Assembly (NCBI RefSeq): GCF_006345805.1
Contig: NC_043010.1
Coordinates: 33,418,001 to 33,482,000, forward strand
Source of the DNA: Octopus sinensis
Taxonomy: Eukaryota
Reading direction: 5' to 3'
Length of the DNA stretch: 64,000 nucleotides
A model generated the notes under the pieces. That model made no database searches, was not told the origin of the DNA, and was given only the letters and a program-made list of their open reading frames with translations. The translations under genes and the position numbers were made by a program. The stretch's first letter is position 1. The number at the start of each line of letters is the position of its first letter. Positions 13,137 to 25,972 of this stretch are shown here, piece after piece.

Positions 13137-13644
13137 AACACATTTGTGTAGGTATGCCGGGAGGAGTATTTAGTTGCTATTTCTAGCAGATTGAGCAACC
13201 ACGTATAAGCTTCCCTTCGTTTGTTGTTAAACACAACTGAGATAAATCTCTGTTGAGACGTGCTAATTTCACGGTGTTATTAACAAAGTGACCCTCTCTA
13301 AATATTAATCCGAACACAAGACTTCTATTCGTACTATTTTGAAAGTAAATGCTGTGTAATCTTGTCAGTGAGAAGACCGCAATTTAAATTCTCGCCCATT
13401 TTCATCTTAGACTCTAGGCCCTAGAGCACCCCTCCCTCTACTCAGCTGCTTGACCTGCTAGAAATATCAGCTAAATCATATCTTTAAACTCATACTTTAC
13501 CGTCTTAAAATAAGGAAGGTCACATCAAAGAATTTAATAGATACATTTACGCTTGAGAAAAAACGGGATAGTCGTGGTTGGAACACCTTTGATCGTAAAT
13601 CTACTCGACTGATGTAGACCCGGGGATAAACAACCATTAGTATT

Positions 13645-13830
13645 GATAGTGGATAAAGGTACTGAAATGCAGCGCAATCACCTAGAGGTTATGAGTTCAA
13701 TCCTAGGCAAGGCACTAAGGTGAGTCACAAGACACCTGAAGAAAACTGGAGCGTAGAACAGCCGAAACGTAGGGAAAAGCAACCACCAAGATGAAAATGC
13801 CACTCTGACTAATACATTATATGGAAATAT
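13645..13830 (+). mobile_element. tRNA-headed short element with degenerate hammerhead motif
   Basis: B-box GAGTTCAATCC at 13693-13703, then gacac-CTGAAGA...cagcc-GAAAC-GTA at 13731-13771. Confidence 0.5.
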
Positions 13831-14350
13831 TTATATTATTAATTCAGCTTTACCTTTCATCCACCGGGTGCGATAAGATAAAAAGTACTATTAAAGTCGA
13901 TGTAATTGACTAACCCCATCCTGCCTCCAATTAAAAAAAAATGCTAGTGTTGCGCCTAACTCAGGAATCATTATTTGCAAAATAACTCAGAATTAATACT
14001 TTTTGGCATTTCCTGCAGTTGTGTAACTATCTAAACCAAAGATCGCCAAAATCTACTTTAAAAATAATTATTTTTAAGTACTATTTTGTTTTCTTCTTTA
14101 AATATATATTTAAAAGGCAATTAAAGTACTTTATTTTTCTCATATTAAGTGAAACCTAGGTACGGGTAGTAGGGAGAGATTTTCCTTCGTTTATCTGTCT
14201 AATTGTTTATCGGCATCTACACAGAACATCTTTAGTTGGGGGAGTATTTTAGTGTGAACACAACTCTCCATGCAGTAGTAATTTGTGTCATTCGCGACCT
14301 GTCGGCTCCATCCATGCAACGGAGTAGCAGATAATAATTATTTTGTTTCA

Positions 14351-14485
14351 ATGTCATTACCGAAAGATGAAGAAAAGCTGAAAACGGAACCTGACCGTTT
14401 AACGAACTCAAACCATGCCAAGAAAAAAACTAAAGGCAGAGAATTCACCAGAGCCCACAATGAAGAAACTAACCCTTGTGTCAGA
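14351..14485 (+). CDS. CHCHD7: CHCHD7/COX23-like, coding exon 1 (MSLPKDEEK...EETNPCVR)
   Basis: ATG at 14351; ends in the conserved NPC motif; donor AGA|GTAAGT at 14486; 45 codons, phase 0. Confidence 0.88.
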
Positions 14486-15288
14486 GTAAGTTAATTAACT
14501 TCTCACAGTCAACTGTTGGTAACTAATTGTTTGCGCCTCTAAGTGGTTACCCGACCTCCTAGAAATAACCATAAAATCTTGAAATCACCGACAACCGTCT
14601 TGAAAAAAGAGGGAGAGATACATTGGAAAATGTATATTCTATCATAGACTTGTTTGCTTACTCTGTCAGAATTGACTTTTGGCTAAACAATTGTAAACTT
14701 CAGTTATTTTAATTCTTCGTCTGGAATAGCGCTGATTTTTAAATGTGAATCCACGAATGCACAGTCTCACAAAAAGAAAATTCTTATTATTCTATCCCTA
14801 TGTAAACACTCATCTTAACTTATATTTTCAAAAAACATTTCAATTAGTTGACTTTGCCGTTAATGTTATCCATTAAATCATCCTGTAATTGCGGGATAAG
14901 TAATTGATAAAATAGGAACAAGTATTAAGGACGTTTGATCTCGGTTGACCTTCAACCACTAGTCTTTTAATAAATAATCTTTATTATTGTTGTTGTTTCG
15001 AGCGGAGATACAACGGCACTGTTACTGAGGTTCTGGATGTATTACATAATTGTAGGGTAAAGTTGGCACCGGGCGATCTTGAAGTAAAGCGTACCTCAGT
15101 AAAGAAACGAACTAGCTTTCATATTTCTTAAAGATTTCCATCAACAATTTATTATTATTTTTACATTTGATGATGTCCTCTCGATCTGTAGTTTTCGGTG
15201 CAGTGAGATATTTTAGACAAATAGGGAATTAAGGAAATATTCGAAAGTTGTAAATGTCTATCATCCATGTGATAAGGCTGATAAGATG

Positions 15289-15483
15289 ACGAGCTGGCAG
15301 AATTGTTACCGCGCCAGTTAAAATGCTTAGCAGCATTTCATCCGGCTCTTTACCTTCTGAAATCAAATTTCGCCGAAGTCAACTTCGGTGTCGATAAGAT
15401 GAAATATCAATGAAGTACTGAGGTCGATTTAATCATCTTCCCTTTCTCCCAAACTGGTGGCCTTTTACCAAAATTTGAAATCA
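15289..15483 (+). mobile_element. tRNA-derived SINE with Meta-like core (gtcgataa...gtactg.ggtcgat.taatc)
   Basis: Homologous segments recur at ~13850, 41860 (-), 54370 and 56000-56500. The Meta-core resemblance is from recall of SINE core motifs, not alignment. Confidence 0.6.
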
Positions 15484-17557
15484 TTTAAGAAAGTTGTTTT
15501 ATTAAGAAACAGTTTGTTTGCTCTCTCTCTCTATCTATCTATCTATCTATCTCTTTATTTCTCATCATCTGTCACAAGTAAAGAACTTGGTGAAATTTCT
15601 TTATTGCAAGAGCATTCATTTGTGTAGCTGGCAAAAGTGATTACAAATTTTGTTTTATTCTCTTGGATCGCTATGTGTTTACCATTCTGTTTTCTGCTCA
15701 AATCTCACTGGTTCATCTTTGCTTCCGACAGTCGAGAAAAACAAGTACCAGTTGTGCACGTGGTTGAAATAAATTCATTATTGGACGTGTTGTAATCGAC
15801 AGAAAGTTAACAGCATCTACCTTATTTTACCTGTTTTGTTGTTTGTACTCTATTCAAATCCCATTAGAGTTAGCATTGAGCTTTGCCTTTTCACTTCAGC
15901 AGGGACTGGGATTAAATTCAGTTGATTATATCCCTCTTGGAAAAATTCAGGACATTGTATCAATGTTAGGTGTTATTTACTATTAGGTCAGGACTGACCT
16001 GGAACTAAACAACAGCAAAAACTTTACATATACATACCTCCTAGAACTTCAGCCCTCTGAATTTGTACATGATTTTCCTACAGATGTCAACCAACATATG
16101 TTCAAGTTAGGCCATATTGACTTCACTAATCTCAAAGAACCTCAAAAATATTATGGGTGCTGCACCCTTTTCTAACTCTAACAATCGAAAAAAGTTTTAT
16201 ACATACTCCACAGTTAGCAAAAGAGATCAAGACTGGTTTAGCAAAAGAGACCAATAAAATAAGTCTTGGGGTCGATTTGTTTGACTAAAAGGCAGTGCTC
16301 CAGCATGGCGACAGTCAAATAACTGAAACAAATAAAAGAATAGGTTCCTTGCAGTAGAATAAGAGAGGAAACTTCAGCAGAAAGATAGAAATGGAGAGAG
16401 TGGGTGATGTAGTGGTGGATGTGTGTCAGGACATACCCTCAAGGTATTGTGAGTGGATGATTATAGGTGAAGTGATAACACTTCACATGGTGCCAACACA
16501 GTAGTTCTTTCACATGGTCCCTGCAAAGGTGTTCTGAGTGGTTGGGCAGGGAGAGAGGGAAAAAACTTCATAAAAATGTTAGGGGAAATTGTTAGATGAG
16601 ATAGAGGTTGCTGTAGTAATAGAAAGTAAGAGATATAAGGATGGCTCAGGGGTTGGGGTGGGGTGGGAGAGATAGGGAGTGAAAGAGGTGTTAAGGGATG
16701 GAGTATTGTAGAGAGGTGAACGCATGGTTGGTGGATGATAATGAACAGAAGGTTTTTTTTTTTTAAAACCCTTTAATAATCAAATCACTTTGTCACGTGT
16801 AATGCTTATCTATTTACATTGTTTCAAATTTATCCTGCATTATTTTGTAGCCTTGAAATTTCATTTATGTGATTATTTATTTTAGATTACCATTGTAGGG
16901 TAGATATGAGAGGCTTGAACCTGGCCAGTTTTTGGCTGGATATGGTCAAGACATAATGTATATACTTTAGAGACCTCATCAGACCTACATGTACCTCATA
17001 CACTCTACCTATACTTCCCACAAGTCATTAGGTATCAACATTTACCCACCTCTTACTATTCACTACTCTCTCACTCCAATCATTCCTAGTACTGGTGCTA
17101 TAATTAAATACCCCTAGTAAACTCTGCAAAGTGGTTGGTGTTAGGGAAGGCATCTAGCTGTTAAAGCAAACCAAAAATTGAACTTCAGTTCTCTAACCCA
17201 TCTCAGAAAGCAGAAGAGTCTCATCCAGTATGGAAAACAAATATATAATGATGATGATAATGATGTTTCTAGGATTACATTACCAAATGAGTCCTTCTTT
17301 AAGATGACTGGGTGTGATTTGATGGAGATTTGGCTGCTATGTCTTTCAAATGAAGCAACTATCGAGACTCTCTTTTTGGTTAACATTTACTTACCGATCC
17401 TAGGATCAGACACAGGGGAATTGGGAAAGGTAGACTTAGTTAGAGCAGTGCAACAGTTGTTGTTCTTGTGCATTTATTTCTGGTTATTATGCATCTTGGT
17501 ATTTTGTTTGGCTCTAAAGGGATATTTTATGCTTCTGTTATTTTTGTTTGTCTAAGT

Positions 17558-18051
17558 CAGTGCTTCTCAAAGGAAGGTATAACAACCCATTTGGGACTTT
17601 ATAGAAAATTGAAAAATAAGCAAGATTGATACAGATGATGGGAGAAGAGTAAAAAATTGTCTCACCAGTGACATGTAAAACACACCTTTCAAGTGTTAGG
17701 CCTCATGGAGGCGATGACAAATAACCAAGACCTTTCATAATATGCCATGCTTAAGAAGACAATCAAGCCAAGTGAAATCATAGTCGTGGCAGATACTGGT
17801 GTCACACAACAGGCAGCTGTGCCGGTAGCACATTAAAGCACCCACTACACTCTTGGATTGGTTGGCATTAGGAAGGGCATCCGGCCATAGAAACTATGCC
17901 AAAATAGACACATGGAGCTTTGTGCTGCACCCTGCCTTACTAGACCTGGTCAAACTGTCCAACCCATGCCAGCATGGACAATGGATAATGATGATGATAT
18001 TACAAGCTGAAAAGAGGTATTTTAGCAAAAAATGGTTGTTGAGAACCACCA
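17558..18051. mobile_element. hAT MITE with nested RTE 3' UTR fragment (~17700-18000)
   Basis: TIRs cagtgcttctcaa / ttgagaaccacca; 8-bp TSD gtctaagt/gtctaagc. Confidence 0.7.
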
Positions 18052-18239
18052 GTCTAAGCTGAGCAGAAGAGACCTTGTTTGTGAATGTCTAAACTGAACG
18101 GAAATGTCTGTACAGTGTTGCATTAGTGTTATAGATTCTTCTATATCATTTTAAGCAAATATGTTTGGTTTAAAAACAAAACAAAGAAATAGCAATAATT
18201 CAGGTTTTAAATTCTTTCATATTTTTTTTACTTCTACAG

Positions 18240-18338
18240 GAATCTCTGATGTCCTTCAAATGTCTCGATGACAATGGCTATGTACGTGATAAATGTGAGA
18301 AATATTTTACCAACTATCGCAACTGTCGAGAATTTTGG
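18240..18338 (+). CDS. CHCHD7: CHCHD7/COX23-like, coding exon 2 (ESLMSFKCLDDNGYVRDKCEKYFTNYRNCREFW)
   Basis: Acceptor tttttacttctacAG, donor TGG|GTAAGT; completes the twin CX9C (C-VRESLMSFK-C, C-EKYFTNYRN-C); matches the CHCHD7 pattern CLDENNY...C..YF..Y.NCR.FW. Confidence 0.95.
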
Positions 18339-18427
18339 GTAAGTTTCTATTTGGTAATTTATGATCAGATAATTTTTTCCAATGTCTGGTCAAAACATGT
18401 TTGAAAGTTTCCAAGCCAGTGGATAAG

Positions 18428-18650
18428 TTCTTTAGCATTTAAAACAGTCACATCTCACCCAAATATTTAACCTGTTTTAGTTTCAAACTGGACAGATCAA
18501 ACCTCTCACACCTACCTTACAATGTTATTCTAAAAATAAACCCATCATCAAAATCTCAAGGCTATGAGATAATGCATGATTAATTCAAAACAATGTTAAT
18601 AAATAAGTATCACATTTAACAGAATTATCTGAATATTAAGGGTCTAAAAA
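18428..18650 (+). mobile_element. piggyBac-type MITE, degenerate
   Basis: Colinear with 27181-27583; further copies at ~16770-16960 (-) and ~31925-32152 (-). Confidence 0.65.
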
Positions 18651-19611
18651 GTTACTGTTTTTTTTTAAATCCTAATGATGGAATCTCTACACATTTGCTC
18701 AAACTGCTAGGTAAATCTCCCTAAAATGATAACTGTTGTCAGTGGCATGCTTAGAATGTATGCTACATGGGCTAGTCCATGAGTTGTCTCCCCTCACACC
18801 TGCTGGGCCCCCAAGCCTATAAAGGCTTATATACAGCAAACCCAAATGTGTCAAGCCGATAAAAGTGTTGCTCAGTGTGGACTGCCACCTTAACCCCTTC
18901 TTGCTAAACCATTGGCTACTGTCTTAAAACAAGATGGACACATTGGATAATGCAGTTCTTGATAGGATGGTCATTACTGGAATAACTTTGAACACAGACA
19001 ATGCTTTTGCAAATGATATTTGGTAGATGGAAACTGAAATAGACCACTGTGTGTATCACCATCACCCCCATCATCATCATCATTATTGTTTGAAAGTTCA
19101 CTCTTCTATGGCAGCATAGGTCAGGTGAGAGATCAATAAGCAAAGTTTCCTTGACCAATTGCACTTCCTGATGCCAACTGTCACCATGTTTTGAAGCAAG
19201 GTAATAATTTCCCAATCTGTTGAACAATAAACAGCCTGGATTGTTTTACGTGGAGAACTGGAAACAAACAACACGATAAGAGAAATAAAAACTCACTCAC
19301 AGAAATGAATGCATACGTACATACATTTATTTTATGTCTACCAAGTCCATACACAAAGCTTTTGTTGGACTGGGGCTGCAGTAGAAGGCACTTGCCCCAG
19401 ATGCTGCTCAGTGGAATTGAAACTTAAATCACATAGCTGAAAAGTTAAATTCTTAACATCATAGCTTTGCCTATGACTATAATCTGTGTGCTTTGTGTGT
19501 GTGTGTATACATACACAAAGCACATGCATGACTATTTGGCTACAGAGTTCACTTCATTCATAACCATTATCATCATCATCATCATCATTTAGCATCTGTT
19601 TTCCATGCTAG

Positions 19612-20033
19612 TGTAACAAATAGCCATTTTAGCTATTTTGAAATACGGTGTGAATTGGCAATATGATGTAATGTATTACCAAAGAATTATTTTTTTCGTT
19701 TTTTCCATTGGTTAATATAACTACTCATATAAGGATTCTAAAAAGTTACGTAAAGAATATTTGTAATGGATTTCGATTCTTTTAAGTCAAGTTGAGCAGT
19801 TATAAAAACCCTGGATTTTGGGGAAAACTTTAGTGTTTGTTGGATGTAACTGAACTCCACGACACTCATCCCTTTGAGACATTGGTGACTTTCATGCCAT
19901 GTCCAAAGATAATCACAAGTCTATTTTGAATTGTTGATTAATCTATTAGTTAGATTTACGAATTAGCTAATGAATATATAGTCGTACTTCTACACAACAG
20001 AAATTATCTTTCCTTTCTAATGTAAATAATATA
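19612..20033 (+). mobile_element. Probable solo LTR inserted into an RTE 3' UTR
   Basis: Splits the RTE motif ccatgctagcatggg; 4-bp TSD ctag (19608-19611, 20034-20037); starts TGTAAC, ends ATATA (TG...CA with one change); internal TATAAAA. Confidence 0.45.
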
Positions 20034-20179
20034 CTAGCATAGGTTGGACGGTTTTACAGGAGCTGGCAAGCCAGAGGGCTGCACAGTGCTTCATTCATCT
20101 GTTTTGGCATGGTTTCTACAGCTGGATGCCCTTCCTAACACCAGCCACTTTACAGAGTGTACTGGGTGCTTTTTGACCT

Positions 20180-20945
20180 GACACCTGCACAGGTGCATTT
20201 TCTATGTGGCACAGGTGCTTTTCACATGATGCCAACACAGGTGTTCTTTAACATGGTCCCTGCAATGGTGCTTTTTCACATGGCACCAGCACAGGTGTTC
20301 TTTCATATGGTACCTGCACAGGTGCTCTTCCACATGACACCAGTACAGGTGCTCGTTTATGTGATACTGACACAGGTACTTGTATATGTTATACTGGCAC
20401 AAGTGCTCTTTTATGTGTACTGGCACAGGTGCTGTTTTACATGTCACCAGCACAGGTGCTCTTTTACGTGGTGCTGGCACAGGTGCTCTTTTACGTGGGG
20501 TGGCACAGGTGCTCTTTTACTTGGCGCTGGCACAGGTGCTCTTTTACGTGGCACTGGCACAGGTGCTCTTTTACGTGGGGCTGGCACGGGTGCTCTTTTA
20601 CGTGGGGCTGGCACAGGTGCTCTTTTACGTGACGCTGGCACAGGTGCTCTTTTACGTGGCACTGGCACAGGTGCTCTTTTACGTGACGCTGCCACAGGTG
20701 CTCTTTTATGTGACGCTGGCACAGGTGCTCTTTTACTTGGCGCTGGCACAGGTACTCTTTTACGTGACGCTGGCACAGGTGCTCTTTTACTTGGCACTGG
20801 CACAGGTGCTCTTTTACGTGGTGCTGGCACAGGTGCTCTTTTACGTGGTGCTGGCACAGGTGCTCTTTTACGTGGTGCTGGCACAGGTGCTCTTTTATGT
20901 GGCACTGGCACAGGTGCTCTTTTAAATGATGACAGCACAGGTCCT
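20180..20945. repeat. 27-bp minisatellite (ggcacaggtgctcttttacgtggtgct), roughly 28 units
   Basis: Direct inspection. Unit length is divisible by 3, which explains the repetitive ORFs (AQVLFYVVL, GTGALLRGA, RKRAPVPAP). Confidence 0.95.
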
Positions 20946-21532
20946 CTTTTACATTCTGCTTACACCTAAACCATGTGGTATAATATTCTGTTCTGTTTTG
21001 CATGACACCTTTTATATGTCTCTATCTCTAGCTTTGGAGTACTTTATAACTTGGAGTAAAAATGCGGATTGTGAAAGGAAAGCCTGTTGACTTTGGAACT
21101 GTTAATGATATTTTAATTATATCGACACCAAAACTAGTACGAGGTGTATATTCTCGACAAAAACTCTTGAAGCACGGCCACAATCAAATGACTGGAACTG
21201 ATACAAAATTGTATTAAAGAATATCAAAACCAGATGCTTAAAATATTTTTCAATCCCCTGGTTTACAAATTTACATTATTCTAAACATTAAATTATCAAA
21301 TCTCCGCTCTTTCTTGGCAGTGCCTACTCGATTTTATGAAGGACTTTAAACTGTCCTTCTTCCTTAATACCATCAAAACAATGGGACTTAGCAAACATAT
21401 GAAACCTCCTCCTCCTCATTCATCTTTGAGAAAACTAGACATCGTTGCGTGAGATCTATGGTTTGTTGTTGAAGGGAGATAACTTTTGATTGACTTATCT
21501 CCCTCAAATTACTCGTCTTGATATAGATGCCG

Positions 21533-21920
21533 ACATGACTGTGTGGTAAAATGCTTGCTTCCCAATCACATGGCTCCACGTTTAGTCCCACTGCATGAAG
21601 CCTTGGCCAAATGTTGGGCTTCTACTATAGCCTCAAGTACACCAAAGCCTTGTGAATAGATTTGGCAGATAGACAGAAACTGATAGAAGGCCGTTGTGTG
21701 TGTGTGTCTTTGTTTCTGTGTCAGTCCACCACCACTTGACAACCAGTGTTGGTGTGTTTACGTCCCCATAACTCAGCAGTTCGGCCAAAGAGACCAATAG
21801 AATAAGTACCAGACTTTTAAAAACAGATAAATACTGGGGTTGATTCGTTCAACTGAGAATTCTTCAAGGTGGCATCCCAGCTTGACCACGGTCTAATGAC
21901 TGAAGCAAGTAAAAGAAAGA
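21533..21920 (+). mobile_element. SINE family A
   Basis: Colinear with the other family A copies. Confidence 0.8.
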
Positions 21921-22076
21921 TAAAAAATCTTGCAAAAGGAAATATGCATTAGATGATGTAGCAGCCCCATTCAACCTTTATTTTTCAATGGCTTTGTTGT
22001 GGGAGGAAGGGCAATGTCATACCCTTCCTGATGGCTTTTGTGACTGACAGAAAAACTGGGCATAAAAGGAATCATA

Positions 22077-22638
22077 CAAGGGGAAGTCAAAAATTACCTG
22101 CACTTTCGCTATAACATATCTTTATTATTGTCACACTACTTTCTGTACGTGTGTACTATTGTGGTCACATGATTGAAGTTTGAACCTGATCGCACCATTT
22201 TTCTGTCTGGCTTTACAGTGTAAGCATGGTCATTCCACTAACAATGTGTACCTAAGAAGAACAAAGAGCAGTGATCTGATTTCTCTGGTCAGAAGGTGTG
22301 TCAGGTGCTGAAATTTATCAGAATCTTTCAGCACAATACAGGGACAATGCACTATTGTGTTGAAGTGTGTATGAGTGGATCGAGAAGTTTAAAAGTGGCC
22401 GGACAAGTGTGATGCACAAAGAGGGAACATGATGCCCATCAACCACCACCACTGCCAAGAAGATTGAGCAAGCTCGAGAGATGGTAGTGGTGAACCAGTT
22501 CACCATTACCATCTCTCGGATCACTGCTGTATGTTCTTTGGTGCACATTGCTAGTGGAGCGCCATCCTTTCACTGTAAAGCCAGAAAGAAAAATGGTGCG
22601 ATCGGGCTCAAACTTCAATCACGTGACCACAATAGTAT
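22077..22638 (+). mobile_element. mariner-derived fold-back element with transposase N-terminal remnant
   Basis: TA+caaggggaagtcaaaaatt terminus; 22250-22483 reads EQRAVI*FLWSEGVSGAEI...SVYEWIEKFKSGRTSV (mariner HTH); 22156-22300 is inverted at ~22495-22638. Confidence 0.8.
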
Positions 22639-22659
22639 CAATTATAAGTATGCATGCAC

Positions 22660-22930
22660 AGAAGGCAGTGTGACTATATGTAGTGTGCAAGAAAGACAAC
22701 CGCACTGGTATGGGCATGTGATGTGTATGGATGAGGAGAGCTGTGTAATGAAGTGTCCATTACTTAATGTGGATGGAGCTTGTGGGAAAGAGAGACCCAA
22801 GAAGATATGCGATGAAGTGGTGAAGGCTGGTCTCAGGATCTTTTACTTCATGGAGGTGATGACTAAAGACAAAGATGACTGGTGATATGTAGTTATCATG
22901 AAGACCTGCTCATATCAGCAAAACTAATCA
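22660..22930 (+). mobile_element. RTE-clade LINE ORF C-terminal fragment
   Basis: QERQPHWYGHVMCMDEESCVMKC..LNVDGACGKERPKKICDEVVK matches the RTE pattern RLRWYGHV.RM...GRPRKTW. Confidence 0.8.
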
Positions 22931-23943
22931 TGGAACCACTCTGTGTGTGTGCGCACGGACACATGCACACAACTGGGCCCTTCATCCACTTTCCTCTTCA
23001 TGACAAGCCCACCTCCCATTATCTCTGTTACTTGATGCAACTAATCTTCGCTACCCAGAACCATTTCACTTGATATTCATTCTTCATTTTTAATACTGTC
23101 CTCTCCGTCCACATTTTACATTGATCACCACCACCCCTGACCAACCAAATTGTCTCTCACTCCCCCTATGCATTACACCTGCCTCTTTCTCACCCTCACA
23201 ACCCACCTTACTACATGTCGTCTCTCTCGTCTTACCTCTGTGTACTGTATCATTGTTACTATACAGCTTCTCTTTGCCCTCATGCATTATTAATCACCCC
23301 TCCCAGCCCTTATCCACCATGCACTACATCTACCCCTCAACCCTATCCAATCTCTATGCTTGTCACTTATTCATCTCTACCTCCCCTACTTATCATCCAC
23401 TCAACAGTTATTCTTCATTCATATATACTCCCACTGCACACCTTCCCCATCTCACTCTCCCACACACACTTGCAACCTCTAACTCACACTTCTGGTTTTT
23501 CTGTCCCTTCTCACTTCTACTTACCTTGCACTTTGAAGGCACCCCCCCCCCACGGCATCTCATCAATATTTTTATTTCTTCCCTGCACCTTCCTGACCAC
23601 CATGATCCACCTTCTCTTGTAAATTGCAAGTAGCTATGTATTTCCTCTACAGCAAGAAACCTGTTCTTCTCTGACCCCTCATCTAACATAAAGCTACTTC
23701 TCTTGAGGGTCTGTAGTCTTGCAAGCTGCATAATGGCCTCACTAGTGCTAGTACCACAGAAGAAGCACCCAGTACAGCTGTAAAGGGGTTTACATTAGGA
23801 AGGGCATCCAGCCATAAAACCCAAGCCAAAGTAGACAGTGGAGCACAATGCAATCTTTGGACCCATCAGATCCTGTCAAACTGTTCAACCTATGCCAGCA
23901 TGGAATGTGCACATCAAATGACGACACTAATTTTCTATATACA

Positions 23944-25128
23944 CAGGATGCAATGAATAAACTGTCGTCTAAATTATGCAGAAATGAAAATAACAGACAT
24001 CTCATTTTTACAGATTTATTTACCAAAATCACATAAAAATATCTTGAAATACTAAAGAGTAAATGTATTCAATAAAATTGCCATTGGCTTCAACCATGGC
24101 CTCCAGACAACTTCAGAATTTCCTGCAGCTTTTCTGGAGGGTCTTTTTGTTTAAGTTGGTGAATGTTGTCATAATCCTTACCTTCAGTTCATCTTTGGTG
24201 TTACAAGGAGTTTTGTTGGTCTCTTGCTCAATTGTGCCCCACACATAATAAAGTGGGGTGCAGTGTAGGGAGTTAGGTGACCAGATTTTTGGGATGATGT
24301 GGTTGCAGAAATTGTCTGACACCCATGATTGGGTTCTCCTGCTTGTGTGGTACGGTGCAGAGTCCTGTTGCCAGACATAGGATCTTCCAGCAGCCACCCT
24401 CTTGACCCAAGGCAGCACTACTTCTTCCAGGCACTTAATGTAAGCCTTCGTATTGAGTCTGAGGCCATGTGGGAAGATGAGTGGAGCCATAACTCTTATC
24501 AGAACAATCAGAGTGAGTTTTCTGAGCTGCTGTACCTTCATAATCATCATTAGACTCATCCAGCTCTTTCAAAATTTTCTACTCTGTCCTCAGATTGACA
24601 CTCAAACACTCTGAAATGTTCATATTGGAGCTTCCAGCATGAATGCCAAGCAGTACAGCATGTCATTTCTAAATTTCTTTCAAAGTGAATTGCATCATGG
24701 TGCTGTTTTTCTCACAGACAGTGCCCAACTGACCCTACTATACTGTGCAGTTGACAAAATCAAAAACAGCAATCAACTATCAAATAAGGGATGGAGCTTA
24801 TTTCATTACGCAGCAGACTAAACTGAAACCAGCCAAGTAAGATGGCTTTCTCAGGAACAACAAAAGAAATTGATATTGCTTAATAAAGGATCAATGCAAG
24901 AAATTATTTTTCTGATGCTACCTAACTCTAAGCCAGTTTCCACTATACTAGAAGCCTAAACTGATTGCGACATTGCTCATCCTTGTACTGATCTTCTTTT
25001 TTCCATATTCTTCAGAAATAAAAACGAATTTAGGTTATTAACCCTTTAGCATTTAAAGCAGCCATATTCGGCTAAAGTATTCTACAAAATAAAAAATAAA
25101 AAATGGCAACAATTTACCCATCGCATCC

Positions 25129-25130
<2 letters not shown>
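23944..25130 (-). mobile_element. maT/DD37D (Bmmar1-like) transposon, internally deleted, with a foreign insert
   Basis: TIRs caggatgcaatgaataaactgtcg / caacaatttacccatcgcatcctg; transposase remnant WQQDSAPYHTSRRTQSW...WSPNS...YYVWG (24113-24480); N-terminus MQFTLKEI near 24695. Confidence 0.88.
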
Positions 25131-25183
<53 letters not shown>

Positions 25184-25972
25184 TTGTCATCATCATTTAA
25201 CATATTTTCTATGCTAGCATGGGTTGGATGGTGTCACCAGGGCTGGCAAGCTGGAGAGCTGCACCAGACTCCAGTCTGATCTGGCATGGTTTCTACAGCT
25301 GGGTGCCCTTCCTAATGCCAACCACCATATATAATGTGCTAGATGCTTTTACATGGCACTGCATGGATGCTTTTATGTGGTGCTGTACAGATGTTTTTAC
25401 ATGTCGCTGCTTGGGCGTTGTTATGTGGCACTGCACAGGCGCTTTTATGTGACTCCACCATGGGTGCCTTACACAATTAGAAGGATCTGTCATGACACTT
25501 CAGCTGTGGGGTACAGGTCTTCTTGAGTACAGCCAGGTACTAGATATCTCAGTCCTTTGTCATCTTGCCTGAAAGGTTTAGCTTCTTGAGGTCATTCTTC
25601 AGTACTTCATCCCATGTCTATGGTTCAAATGTATACAAAACCAAAGACAGGCAAAGGAACAACAAGCGTCTTAGTTTGACGATTCCTTTATTGCCTGACT
25701 GCTAATCTCACCTATGCACATCTACTTTGCTTTTCATATTTCTGTGGTTAATTGATATTGATCTAATTAACTATACCTTAGCTAGTGAAGCTCCAGAATG
25801 GCTACAGTCTTATGATTGAAACAAGTAAAAGAATATCATATATAAATATACAGTATATGGTTCATACTCATGCTGGCATTGTTTTCCCAAAAACTTCTCA
25901 TATTCATGACCAATAATAAACCTTGCTTTCTCTTCTGCATTTTTAACCTTATTTTTCTCTTCTTCACCACAG

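Noticed and set aside
20157-21003. Several 160-270-aa ORFs on both strands
   Set aside because: Produced by a stop-free 27-bp tandem unit; no domain, and located in a CHCHD7 intron.
23121-23731. Overlapping 107-170-aa ORFs
   Set aside because: Degenerate purine/pyrimidine-biased repeat resembling 16340-16740, likely retroelement 5' region; no protein motif.
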